DNA of 64,000 nt from Myxococcota bacterium (GTDB lineage: Bacteria; Myxococcota_A; Bradymonadia; UBA7976; UBA1532). The stretch is from assembly GCA_036337435.1 (NCBI GenBank), contig JAYZEG010000001.1:1-64000 (forward strand), written 5' to 3'. Below, one piece after another: positions 1 through 9,263 of the stretch; position 1 is the stretch's first letter; the number at the start of each line of letters is the position of its first letter. Position numbers and translations under genes: made by a program. Below the pieces are notes generated by a model. That model was not told the origin of the DNA. It worked only from the letters and a program-made list of their open reading frames with translations, and did not search any database.

Positions 1-152
1 GCACCGCCTGCACCGCCTTCGGCACCCGCGCCGCCTGCACCACCTTCGGCACCTGCACCGCCTGCACCGCCTTCGGCACCCGCACCGCCTGCACCGCCTT
101 CGGCACCTGCACCGCCTGCACCGCCTTCGGCACCCGCACCACCGGCACCACC
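1..152 (-). repeat. 27-bp coding tandem repeat, at least 5 full copies plus a partial, encoding GGAGGAGAE
   Basis: Unit gcaccgcctgcaccgccttcggcacc(c/t) starts at 1, 28, 55, 82, 109; degenerate partial copy from 136. Differences between copies are synonymous. Confidence 0.9.
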
Positions 153-230
153 ACTCGCTGAATCACCACCGCCACATGCGGTAAAATAACCTCCAACAAA
201 CACACAAAGGGCCAGTGTTCGAATCAACAT
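1..230 (-). CDS. Gly/Ala-rich lipoprotein, N-terminal part only (runs off the left edge of the window)
   Basis: Not in the ORF track. ATG at 230 preceded by RBS GGAGGAG. Translates MLIRTLALCVFVGGYFTAC-GGGDSASGGAGGAGAEGG..., i.e. signal peptide, lipobox (FTAC) and a Gly-rich linker; frame open to position 1. Confidence 0.8.
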   Translation of the reverse strand, partial: MLIRTLALCVFVGGYFTACGGGDSASGGAGGAGAEGGAGGAGAEGGAGGAGAEGGAGGAGAEGGAGGAGAEGGAGG

Positions 231-444
231 AATCACTCCTCCCGAATTTTTATCGATATCCTAAGCTAACCGGTTCTACCGGTCACGATTTTTCCGACAG
301 TCTTGAGTCGATTGCTCCGGGGGGTCGACCGATAGAGTTCACAAGGACACTGGGACATGAACGGAAAAAAGTGATATTGGGCTATCAGAGTGAGCGAATC
401 ATGACTGGGACGTCCACTCTTATAGGAAAGGAAATCGACTGCAC

Positions 445-1608
445 ATGACCACATCCAGCTTAGTTCACATTGTTGGCGCACGACCACAATTCGTTAAGAT
501 GGCTGTCGTTCTTGATGCTTGGTGCCATGACATCAAACCTGTAATCATCCATACCGGCCAGCATTACGACTCATCGATGTCGTCGGTATTTTTCGATGAG
601 CTAGCAATTCCTAAACCCCATTACAATCTGAACGCAGGCGGTGGAACCCATGCACGCCAAACAGCCGCCATGCTGACTGGTTTAGACCCTATACTGCAGA
701 AACTGCCGAGGGGAGTCGCCGTCGTGTATGGCGATACCAATTCAACACTCGCAGGTGCTCTGGTGGCGGCAAAGCTCGGCTGGAAAATCGTGCATATTGA
801 GTCCGGATTGCGCTCTTTCGACAAACAAATGCCGGAGGAGATTAACCGCATTGCAGTCGACCACCTGTCCAGTCATCTTCTCTGTCCGACCGAGAGGGCG
901 ATGGCTCAACTGGCTCGGGAAGGTCTAAGTGAGAAAGCTTATTTTACGGGCGACGTCATGTTTGATGCCTCGTTGCGAGCACTCAACCGGTCTTGGGTAA
1001 GCCCGTTGGCGCGCTACTTGACCGAGTCTGACGCTGAAAAGCCAGCCTCTTTTTCGGCAGCACAGCTGAAAATTTTAAAGAGAGGGCCGTACGGCGTTGC
1101 GACGCTCCATCGAGCGTCGAATACGGATGATCCGAAACGCTTGGCCACCCTGATCGCAACTCTCGGTCAATTAGATTGGCCTGTTTTTTTGCCACTTCAT
1201 CCGCGAACCCGAAAAGCAATGGACGAGGCCGATATTAAACCCATAGGTCAATTGCATGTGATCGATCCACTCGGATACGTCGATTTTGCTGCATTGGTTG
1301 CTTCGTCCGTGCATGTGCTCACGGATTCCGGGGGACTCCAAAAAGAAGCGTTATTCCATCGCCGGCCATGTACGACGATGAGAGACACGACAGAATGGCC
1401 GGAGACACTGACGGATGGCTGGAATTGCCTCGTCGGCTGTGATCCGGACGCACTTCGGCAAGCAGCGGGCAGAAGTCGCCCTGAGACTGAGCCACCCATT
1501 CATGATTTTGGAGGTGGGAAAGCCTCTTTCGCCGTGAATTCGGTGATCATGGATGCACTCGGCCTGAAAATTGAAAAAGAAAAAATGGATACGACTCATG
1601 GCAGCTAA
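445..1608 (+). CDS. wecB: UDP-N-acetylglucosamine 2-epimerase (non-hydrolysing)
   Basis: Motifs VGARPQFVK, HTGQHYD, YGDTNSTLAG, HIESGLRS, PEEINR, TDSGGLQKEA, RDTTEWPE. Confidence 0.9.
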   Translation: MTTSSLVHIVGARPQFVKMAVVLDAWCHDIKPVIIHTGQHYDSSMSSVFFDELAIPKPHYNLNAGGGTHARQTAAMLTGLDPILQKLPRGVAVVYGDTNSTLAGALVAAKLGWKIVHIESGLRSFDKQMPEEINRIAVDHLSSHLLCPTERAMAQLAREGLSEKAYFTGDVMFDASLRALNRSWVSPLARYLTESDAEKPASFSAAQLKILKRGPYGVATLHRASNTDDPKRLATLIATLGQLDWPVFLPLHPRTRKAMDEADIKPIGQLHVIDPLGYVDFAALVASSVHVLTDSGGLQKEALFHRRPCTTMRDTTEWPETLTDGWNCLVGCDPDALRQAAGRSRPETEPPIHDFGGGKASFAVNSVIMDALGLKIEKEKMDTTHGS

Positions 1609-1948
1609 TGAAAAACCATCTCCTCCGCAATTACCGGAATCGCCCGTCCTACGAGACTACCAGACCTACATTCATGGTTTAGAGTCATATCACGGCTGGC
1701 TTGATGTGGACTTGGTCCACAACTGCTTTCTCATGGGCGAAGAGGTCGGGGAACTATTCAAAGCGATTCGAGGCTACAACCAGTACTATGATAAGCCCAA
1801 GTCGACGGACCCTAAAGGTGATGTGGCAGAGGAAATTGTCGATGTATTCAATTACCTTTTAGCGATAGCCAATAGACTAGATATCGATCTAGAAGTCGCA
1901 TTTCGAGAAAAGAATGCGCGAAACATTGAGCGGAGCTGGGACGCCTAA
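1598..1948 (+). CDS. MazG-like (all-alpha) nucleotide pyrophosphohydrolase
   Basis: LMGEEVGELFKAIR ... EEIVDVFNYLLAIAN ... EKNARNIERSW (EExxE...ExxD pattern). ATG at 1598 overlaps the end of wecB. Confidence 0.8.
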   Translation: MAANEKPSPPQLPESPVLRDYQTYIHGLESYHGWLDVDLVHNCFLMGEEVGELFKAIRGYNQYYDKPKSTDPKGDVAEEIVDVFNYLLAIANRLDIDLEVAFREKNARNIERSWDA

Positions 1949-2039
1949 TTATTTGTGTGACAAAGCCGCCTTTTGGCCCTCGAAATGAGGCCGCCTGCTG
2001 GTTTCAGGCGAAAGATTAGACGTCTGTGACTAGAAAGCC

Positions 2040-2067
2040 TTGCGAAAACCGTCATCATCGCTACACT
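2040..2067 (+). promoter_or_regulatory. Putative sigma70-type promoter of infA
   Basis: TTGCGA (2040-2045), 16 nt spacer, TACACT (2062-2067), about 60 nt upstream of the infA start and its GAAGGAG RBS. Confidence 0.5.
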
Positions 2068-2128
2068 GCGCACACCTTAAGTCTGGTTAGATGAACCTGT
2101 CTGAAAACGATGTTTTGAAGGAGCCACT

Positions 2129-2347
2129 GTGGCGAAAGAAGAGGGAATTGTAGTCGAAGGCACCGTAATAGAGCCACTTCCGAATGCGATGTTTCGTGTG
2201 GAATTAGAGAACGGCCACAAGGTTTTGGCCCATGTCTCGGGTAAAATGCGAAAGTTCTTTATTCGAATTCTGCCCGGGGACCAAGTGACAGTCGAACTCT
2301 CACCTTACGACTTAACTCGAGGTCGCATTACGTACCGAGCACGGTAA
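2129..2347 (+). CDS. infA: Translation initiation factor IF-1
   Basis: [41 protein letters not shown]...[27 protein letters not shown] start with RBS. Confidence 0.98.
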   Translation: MAKEEGIVVEGTVIEPLPNAMFRVELENGHKVLAHVSGKMRKFFIRILPGDQVTVELSPYDLTRGRITYRAR

Positions 2348-2355
2348 GCGAAAGA

Positions 2356-2385
2356 GCCAAGCCCCCCGCCAGGAGTTGGCTTGGC
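2356..2385 (+). other. Stem-loop after infA (possible stabiliser, pause or weak terminator)
   Basis: GCCAAGCC (2356-2363) pairs with GGCTTGGC (2378-2385); no U-tract follows. Confidence 0.35.
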
Positions 2386-2469
2386 ACCGCTCATGGATCA
2401 GCACCGATTCGTAGAGACTTAGGGACAGCGACACAAGGTTTACGGCTGAGATGGGGGCAATTCACAACC

Positions 2470-5400
2470 GTGGGCGATACTTTTCAGGGGACTGAACGAT
2501 TCAAAATACTCAGACGCCTGGGACACGGGGGCACCGGAATCGTTTATCTAGCCCATGACACCCTCAGGGGCATCGATGTTGCCTTGAAGACCCTGCATCA
2601 GGAAAGCCCCTACGGAATCCTTCGGCTTAAAAATGAATTCAGAGGGCTCGCGGAGCTGAGTCACCTTAACTTGGTTGATTTACACGGCCTCCACCACGAA
2701 TCCCAAACATGGTTTTTCACCATGGAATACATCGATGGTGTGGATTTTTTGGAATGGGTGAGACCCTTTTCTTTGGTCAGCGGTGAGTTTGAGCTGGATT
2801 TGCTCCGATTACGGAATGCATTCGAACAGCTGGCTGAGGGGCTCGTTGCATTGCACACCTCCGGTCATTTACATCGCGACATCAAGCCATCAAATATGTT
2901 GGTCGAACGAGATGGACGCGTGGTTATCCTCGACTTTGGCCTGGCCACCAAACTTGACCAAATCGATGTGCGAGATATTCGAGGCTTTAGCGGCACCCTC
3001 GAGTACATGGCACCCGAACAAAGCGACGGCACAGATCCACTCCCCGCGAGTGATTGGTACAGCTTCGGCGTGGTTTTATTCCAAGCATTAACAGGCGAGC
3101 TCCCATTTAAAGGTAAGCCCCTGCAAGTTGCGTTGATGAAAAAACAAAATGACGGTCCAGCACCCAGCGAGATCAATCCCCGTGTCCCTGCGGATCTGGA
3201 CACGCTCTGTAAGGCTCTGTTGAAACGAGATCCACTGGAACGGGCCACTGAGGCAGATGTGCTCAATATCCTCGGCATTGAACTGGAAGAAAGCACAATC
3301 ATGACAACGTCTTCGACATCGCTGACGGCCATGCCGCGTCTGATTGGACGGGAGTCTCATCTGGGCGCTTTGGTGTCTGCTTTCAGCGAGATAAAAAGGG
3401 GCAAATCTGTCGTTTGTAGCGTTCACGGTCGGTCCGGTATGGGCAAGAGCGCTTTGATTAAGTATTTTCTAGACCCACTCAAAAGCAGAGATGACGTCCT
3501 GATTCTTGAAGGTCGGTGCTACGAGCGTGAAGCTGTCCCGTATAAGGCTTTCGACCGCGTCTTCGATGACTTGACCAGGCAACTGAATGGTATGCCGTCC
3601 CAGACCGTGAACGATCTTACGCCGCCTGGAATTGGCGCACTGACCCATCTGTTTCCGGTTTTGCTAAATGTACCTGCTATCGCTAAATCCGTGCGCTCTG
3701 ACACGCTGATCATCGAACTCTCTGAAACCAGACAAATTGCTTTTCAAGCAGCTCGGGATCTGTTTTCACGTCTCGCAAATCGTTGGTCTCTTGCTCTGCA
3801 TATCGATGATGTCCATTGGGGCGATGATGACAGCGTGGCACTGCTTCGTGAGTTACTTGAGCTCCCCGATGCGCCCAATATGTTGGTTTTGTGCAGCTTC
3901 CACACGGAGTCCATTCAAGGCAGTAACTTCGTCAGATTTTTACGTCTCATGCTTGCGCGTCGGGCTGACGGCTTCGACGGTCGGGAGATCGAAGTTGGCC
4001 CCCTCGATGATACGCAGGCAATGAATCTCACCCGATACCTGCTGAGAGATGTGAATTTAGGACAACACCATCTCGAGCAAATTGTCCGCGAATCCCATGG
4101 GAATCCATTTTTTTTGGAATCACTCACGCGTCACATTACCGAATTTAACGAGGCTCGACATAAAAGCGGCGGACTTCAAACTGGCGCGATGACCTTAGAC
4201 GCTCTGGTCGGAAGTCGAATCGCATCTATCGACGTTAATTCTCGCCGTCTATTGCAGGTGGTCGCCGTAGCTGCAAAACCGTTGCTACGCAGCCATGCCA
4301 TCGAGATCGCTGGACTCGGTGCGGAAAGTGAGCGGTCCATCAGCGAACTACGCGCATCCCATTTGCTGCGAACGAAAACCATTGACAGGCATGTCTATCT
4401 CGAGGTTTATCACGACCGATTACGCGCACCTGTTCTTGATGGCATATCAAAAAAACGAGCGACACAAATCAATTTGGATATTGCTCTATGCTTAGAGCGC
4501 GGGAGTGAACGCGAGCCGGCGGCACTCGTCGACCACTTCGTTCATGCGGGTGATTTTGACAAAGCCAGGCAGTATACAGCGGAATCCGCGCGCATGGCTG
4601 ACAATAAGCTTGCCTTCGAACATGCAGCGACGCTCTATGACCAGGCGCTCAGTATTCACCGCCAGAGTGTGACCATTCCCGCATCAGACGCTGCGGTCGA
4701 GGAAGAGATCGAACTTCTTATGGCCCTCGGCCAGGCACTTTCCAATAGCGGTCGAACACATCAATCGGCCAAGATTTTCGTCGAAGCGGCGTCAAAAGCA
4801 GATGATACGCTCCGTAAAGAGCTACGCATGAAGGCATGTGTAAATCTGATTTTGTCAGGCAGTCTTGAGCAGGGTTTGGACCTTTTAGAAGAGATTCTAG
4901 AAGAGCTAAACATCCCATTTCCGCTCTCGTCTCAGGATGCATTACCCAGCCTGAGGGAAACTCGAAAAGCCATCGAAGAAAGGGGGTTGTCTACCCATGT
5001 GCAACTGGACATACCTAAAGACACAGTCGACGCCCAATACATCGATGCCTGTTGGACAGCTGCAATCAGCTTAGGAATGATCGATTACGTTAGAGCGGCT
5101 GATTTTCAAGCGAGAGGCCTGCTGCGGGCACTCGAATTTGGAGATCCATACCGCCTTTCGCGGTCCCTTGGTCTCCAAAGCATGTATACCGGTGCAAGTG
5201 GTCCCAATGAACTGGATCCTGCACTTCATGTCGCTGAACGAGCAATGACCTTAGCCGAAATGGTCGATCGACCTCATGCTCTCGGCCTCGCCCACTATGG
5301 ACGTGGCGTCGGCCTCTTGCTGACAGGACGCTGGGCCGAGGCACAAGAAGCGTTAGAATACGCGGCCGATGTGTTTCGAGAAAATTGCCAAGACGCGGCC

Positions 5401-6180
5401 TGGGAGCGCTCGACGACACACGTCATGCTCTTCTCGGCTATGGCGATGCGCGGAGACTTCAAGCCGATTGTCAGTCGAGTACCCGAGTTGCTTGAATGGG
5501 CAAAGGACCGAGGGAATGAATTCTTTGCGACCAGCATGCGCACAGGCTATCCAAGTTTGGCCTGGCTCTGCGGCGATGACCCAGATACTGCAGAGCGTAA
5601 TCAATCAGATGCGCTCCAGAGATGGAGTCATGATGACTACCAGATTCAGCAGTATTTTGGTCTCATGACTCAAGTCCATCTCTGTCTATATAAGGGCCAA
5701 TATGAACAGGCCTTAGAACATGTCGCGGATGCTTGGGTGCCACTTCGACGAGCGATGATCGATCAGATTCATTTTGTCAAAAGCGATTTACTCAGCCTTA
5801 GGGTCAGGGCGTCATTGGCGGCTTTAACAACAAGTAAACGAGTTCCAGAATTGAGTGAACGAATCAATCGAGACCTTGAACGACTCAAGGAAAATCCCGC
5901 ACAATGGGTCCGTGCCCAAAGCATTCTTTTTCAAGCATGTCTAGACGAATACCTGGGTCGAAATGACGCCGCGAAAACGGGTTATATGAATGCCATCAGT
6001 GCTTTACAATCCGCTGATCTTGGAGGCTACCTTGCGGCAGCAAAAATCCGGTACGGCTCCCTGCTGGGTGGTGATGACGGACGACAGTGGCTCGATTCGG
6101 GTATGAGCCAATTCAAGAGTCAGGGCGTGCGAAGACCGAGTTTGATGACCCGCTTATATGCACCGGGATACACTCACTAA
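2470..6180 (+). CDS. Hanks-type Ser/Thr protein kinase fused to a STAND/AAA ATPase and TPR-like helical repeats
   Basis: Kinase motifs GHGGTGIVY, VALK, HRDIKPSN, DFG, GTLEYMAPE; Walker A GRSGMGKS; Walker B LHIDDVHWGD; GNPFFL motif; long helical C-terminus. Confidence 0.9.
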   Translation: MGDTFQGTERFKILRRLGHGGTGIVYLAHDTLRGIDVALKTLHQESPYGILRLKNEFRGLAELSHLNLVDLHGLHHESQTWFFTMEYIDGVDFLEWVRPFSLVSGEFELDLLRLRNAFEQLAEGLVALHTSGHLHRDIKPSNMLVERDGRVVILDFGLATKLDQIDVRDIRGFSGTLEYMAPEQSDGTDPLPASDWYSFGVVLFQALTGELPFKGKPLQVALMKKQNDGPAPSEINPRVPADLDTLCKALLKRDPLERATEADVLNILGIELEESTIMTTSSTSLTAMPRLIGRESHLGALVSAFSEIKRGKSVVCSVHGRSGMGKSALIKYFLDPLKSRDDVLILEGRCYEREAVPYKAFDRVFDDLTRQLNGMPSQTVNDLTPPGIGALTHLFPVLLNVPAIAKSVRSDTLIIELSETRQIAFQAARDLFSRLANRWSLALHIDDVHWGDDDSVALLRELLELPDAPNMLVLCSFHTESIQGSNFVRFLRLMLARRADGFDGREIEVGPLDDTQAMNLTRYLLRDVNLGQHHLEQIVRESHGNPFFLESLTRHITEFNEARHKSGGLQTGAMTLDALVGSRIASIDVNSRRLLQVVAVAAKPLLRSHAIEIAGLGAESERSISELRASHLLRTKTIDRHVYLEVYHDRLRAPVLDGISKKRATQINLDIALCLERGSEREPAALVDHFVHAGDFDKARQYTAESARMADNKLAFEHAATLYDQALSIHRQSVTIPASDAAVEEEIELLMALGQALSNSGRTHQSAKIFVEAASKADDTLRKELRMKACVNLILSGSLEQGLDLLEEILEELNIPFPLSSQDALPSLRETRKAIEERGLSTHVQLDIPKDTVDAQYIDACWTAAISLGMIDYVRAADFQARGLLRALEFGDPYRLSRSLGLQSMYTGASGPNELDPALHVAERAMTLAEMVDRPHALGLAHYGRGVGLLLTGRWAEAQEALEYAADVFRENCQDAAWERSTTHVMLFSAMAMRGDFKPIVSRVPELLEWAKDRGNEFFATSMRTGYPSLAWLCGDDPDTAERNQSDALQRWSHDDYQIQQYFGLMTQVHLCLYKGQYEQALEHVADAWVPLRRAMIDQIHFVKSDLLSLRVRASLAALTTSKRVPELSERINRDLERLKENPAQWVRAQSILFQACLDEYLGRNDAAKTGYMNAISALQSADLGGYLAAAKIRYGSLLGGDDGRQWLDSGMSQFKSQGVRRPSLMTRLYAPGYTH

Positions 6181-6206
6181 ACCATCAATATGGAGGAGAA
6201 AAGGCT

Positions 6207-7691
6207 GTGTCATATCAACAGTTGACGTCCCATTATCTGACAATATCCCATCTAGACAATGTCCTCGGTCTACTGCATTGGGACATGGCGACAATGATGC
6301 CGAAAGGGTCTGCCAAAGCACGCTCGGCCGAGGCAACTACGTTAAAGTCCATCAGCCATGGCCTTAAAACCAAACCAAACATTGCTGATTGGATCGATGC
6401 CGCAAAAAATGAATCACTGGGTCAATGGGAACGCGCCAACCTAAGAGAGATCGAACGAGAATACAACCAAGCAAATGCTCTTCCAACTGACCTTGTCAAA
6501 GCCATGAGCGATGCGACGTCTGCATGCGAAATAGCCTGGTTAAAAGCCCGTCCAGACAACGATTTCCATAGCCTCAAACCCTATCTTGAGCGCGTATTCG
6601 AACTGGTGCGTGAGCAGGCTCAGGTTTTGTCAGAACGCTCAGGTCTAGACCATTATGACGCGCTTTTGGACTTATACGAGCCGGGGTATAGACGTGTTGA
6701 ATTAGACTCTCTGTTTTCAGAGTTGGAATCATTCCTACCGGATCTGGTCGGTGAAATTATTCAACGACAAGACCAATTGGGTCCCATTGTAAAACCCAGC
6801 GGCCCATTCGATATCGAGGTCCAAAAACAAATCGGTCGAGACCTAATGGATTGCTTGGGATTCAATTTTGACCATGGCCGATTAGATGTGAGTGCTCATC
6901 CATTTTGTGGGGGCAGTCCTGACGATGTACGAATTACCACTCGCTATACAGCGGATGACTTTATGCAAAGTATCATGGGCGTAATTCACGAAACCGGCCA
7001 TGCACTGTACGAACGGGGTCTGCCCGACCGTTTCCGTGGTCAGCCCGTGGGCCGAGCACGCAGTATGGGCATCCATGAAAGCCAATCGTTGCTGATGGAA
7101 ATGCAAGCTTGCAGGAGCCCGGACTTCGTCTCGTATCTGGCCCCTAAATTGAGGGCGGCCTTTGACGGAAATGGACCGGGTTGGTCCACAGACGAGATGC
7201 TCCGTAGTTATCTCGAGGTACAACGTGGACTTATTCGAGTAGACGCCGATGAAGCAACATACCCCCTACATGTTATTTTACGCTATCGACTCGAAAAAGC
7301 CTTACTCAGCGGCGACCTCGCATTGAAAGACCTACCGACGGCCTGGAATGATGGGATGGTTGAACTCGTAGGAATCAGACCAGAGACCGACACAGATGGC
7401 TGCATGCAGGACATACATTGGCATATGGGGTCCGTTGGTTATTTTCCAACCTACACATTGGGGGCGTTGAATGCGGCTCAACTCTTCGACCAGGCGGTAA
7501 CAGAGGTACCGACGATTCCTGGTGATATCGGCCGGGGTGATTTCAGGGGGTTGGTTGAGTGGGTCAGGGAGAAGATTCATCAAAAAGGGTCTCTTTTATC
7601 ACCGAACGATTTGATGGTCTCCGCGACGGGTCGACCGTTGGACCCATCTGTTTTCAAGCGACATCTCGAACGACGCTATTTGGAGCAATAA
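6207..7691 (+). CDS. Carboxypeptidase Taq family metallocarboxypeptidase (M32)
   Basis: HPF, DVRITTRY, HETGHALYE (HExxH), HESQS, IRVDADE, GCMQDIHW, GYFPTYTLG. GTG at 6207 follows RBS GGAGGAG (track start 6087 overlaps the kinase). Confidence 0.93.
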   Translation: MSYQQLTSHYLTISHLDNVLGLLHWDMATMMPKGSAKARSAEATTLKSISHGLKTKPNIADWIDAAKNESLGQWERANLREIEREYNQANALPTDLVKAMSDATSACEIAWLKARPDNDFHSLKPYLERVFELVREQAQVLSERSGLDHYDALLDLYEPGYRRVELDSLFSELESFLPDLVGEIIQRQDQLGPIVKPSGPFDIEVQKQIGRDLMDCLGFNFDHGRLDVSAHPFCGGSPDDVRITTRYTADDFMQSIMGVIHETGHALYERGLPDRFRGQPVGRARSMGIHESQSLLMEMQACRSPDFVSYLAPKLRAAFDGNGPGWSTDEMLRSYLEVQRGLIRVDADEATYPLHVILRYRLEKALLSGDLALKDLPTAWNDGMVELVGIRPETDTDGCMQDIHWHMGSVGYFPTYTLGALNAAQLFDQAVTEVPTIPGDIGRGDFRGLVEWVREKIHQKGSLLSPNDLMVSATGRPLDPSVFKRHLERRYLEQ

Positions 7692-7692
7692 G

Positions 7693-8352
7693 ATGGCCTT
7701 GAAGAATATTTTTTTCGACTTAGATGGGACCATACTCGACTCAATTCCACTGATCGTCCAATCGATGCGACATGCGCTTGAAAAAGAGTTTGGCTACTCA
7801 CCCGACGACAAAACGTTGATTTCGGGTATTGGAACACCACTGGTCGAACAGCTTAAAACCCATGGGGCAAAGCACCTTGGTCGCCCACTGACAGACGATG
7901 AGGTCATCCGCTCCAGAGACGTATATCACGAGCACAATCTATCCAATCATGATGCGTCCATTCGACCGTTTGATGGCGTAACTGATGTCCTCGATGCGTT
8001 ACGAACTCGAGGGATCCCAATGGGCATTGTCACCAGTAAACCCCAAAGTACGGCTCGCCGAGGCCTCAGAATCTGCGGCCTCGAGGACCACTTTGAGTTC
8101 GTCATTGGTTACGACGATGTAAACAATCCAAAGCCGCATCCTGAACCAGTGCTGAAAGCAGTTGCCCTAATGGATTCTGTCACCGACGCTTGCTTGTTTG
8201 TTGGAGACTCACCTCATGACATGTTGAGCGGAAAACGTGCCCAATGCCTCACCGCTGCAGCATTATGGGGTCCCTTCGATGTCGCCGAACTAACTCAATG
8301 CGAACCAACATATCTACTCAACTCAATGACCGACATTCTGCAGCTCATCTGA
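7693..8352 (+). CDS. HAD-superfamily hydrolase (PpaX / phosphoglycolate phosphatase-like)
   Basis: FDLDGTILDS, IVTSK, KPHPEP, VGDSPHD motifs. Confidence 0.85.
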   Translation: MALKNIFFDLDGTILDSIPLIVQSMRHALEKEFGYSPDDKTLISGIGTPLVEQLKTHGAKHLGRPLTDDEVIRSRDVYHEHNLSNHDASIRPFDGVTDVLDALRTRGIPMGIVTSKPQSTARRGLRICGLEDHFEFVIGYDDVNNPKPHPEPVLKAVALMDSVTDACLFVGDSPHDMLSGKRAQCLTAAALWGPFDVAELTQCEPTYLLNSMTDILQLI

Positions 8353-8392
8353 GATGACCCGCGCTCTCGTTGGCTTGTCAAACGAGCTTAGC

Positions 8393-8854
8393 TCAAACAA
8401 ATTGGGCTTGAATAGCGACGGCCCGGTCTGACTCAATATTGAGCGCGGCGGCGATGTAATTGAGAAGCTCCTTCTCTCTTTTGTGCAGGACCAAATCTGA
8501 GAACGCCATACTCGCGATCAACCCGTATATACCTTCATTCTGATCATCGACAGTTTGTCCCAGCAATGTTGCAGCCTTAGACACGAGTTCGAGTCGAGCT
8601 TCAGCCGAGTTCGCGTAGCGCGCCGGAGATGCGGCTGTGTTGATTCTCGCTCGAACAATCTGTTCCTTAGATTCTGTCCAATCTAATTCCAAAAGGGTTT
8701 CTTCGAATTCAATCTGCTCGAGAGCAGACATCCGGTTGTCGGCATAAATCACCAGACAGAGCATATCGACAACAGCATGCACTTGATTGGTTGTTAATTC
8801 GCGAAGATTGGCTCTCGTACTCGCGCGCGTGACCATAGTCGCCCAACTGCTCAT
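8393..8854 (-). CDS. TerB-like (tellurite resistance protein B fold) protein
   Basis: Two TerB-type motifs, VIYADNRMSALE and MAFSDLVLHKREKELLNYIAAALNI; RBS GGGGAGGA upstream of ATG. Confidence 0.6.
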   Translation of the reverse strand: MSSWATMVTRASTRANLRELTTNQVHAVVDMLCLVIYADNRMSALEQIEFEETLLELDWTESKEQIVRARINTAASPARYANSAEARLELVSKAATLLGQTVDDQNEGIYGLIASMAFSDLVLHKREKELLNYIAAALNIESDRAVAIQAQFV

Positions 8855-9263
8855 CGGCCGTCCTCCCCGATTAAGTGCTTGCAGTCTAGATCAAATATTG
8901 CGCTGGATCGAGAGATCCGATGGCGAAAAATGAGCGCGTCGTGATCTTTTCTTTCAAACCGATGTCAAACCCATTCTTTACTAGCACGTGTTCCCACCTG
9001 GGTCGGGCTAACCCAAGATGATTACAACTTGGCAAGGCCAGGACTAAATCATGGGCTAAAGACGGGCTTAGACGACATTGTTGAGTGATTCCAATGGCCG
9101 ACTGGCGCACGTGTAGACCTCGAATTGCCGGGGGAATTTGAGCTCCGAATCGTCGAAAATATAAATAAAATGAACGAAGCTGGAATGAAACCTACCCTTG
9201 GTTTCGTTGACCTATTCGAGACGCCGAGGACTTTATCTCCCCGAAGATCAAGCGATTCCCCCC

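Noticed and set aside
1..152. 27-bp repeat as a CRISPR array
   Set aside because: Units are contiguous with no unique spacers, are a multiple of 3 and vary synonymously; no cas genes present.
1598..8854. Anti-phage defence island (MazG-like, STAND kinase, TerB-like)
   Set aside because: These genes are interspersed with housekeeping genes, with no mobility genes or evident compositional shift; each family has common non-defence roles.
8886..9110. 74-aa minus-strand ORF upstream of the TerB-like gene
   Set aside because: No recognisable motif or RBS; cannot be supported, though not excluded.
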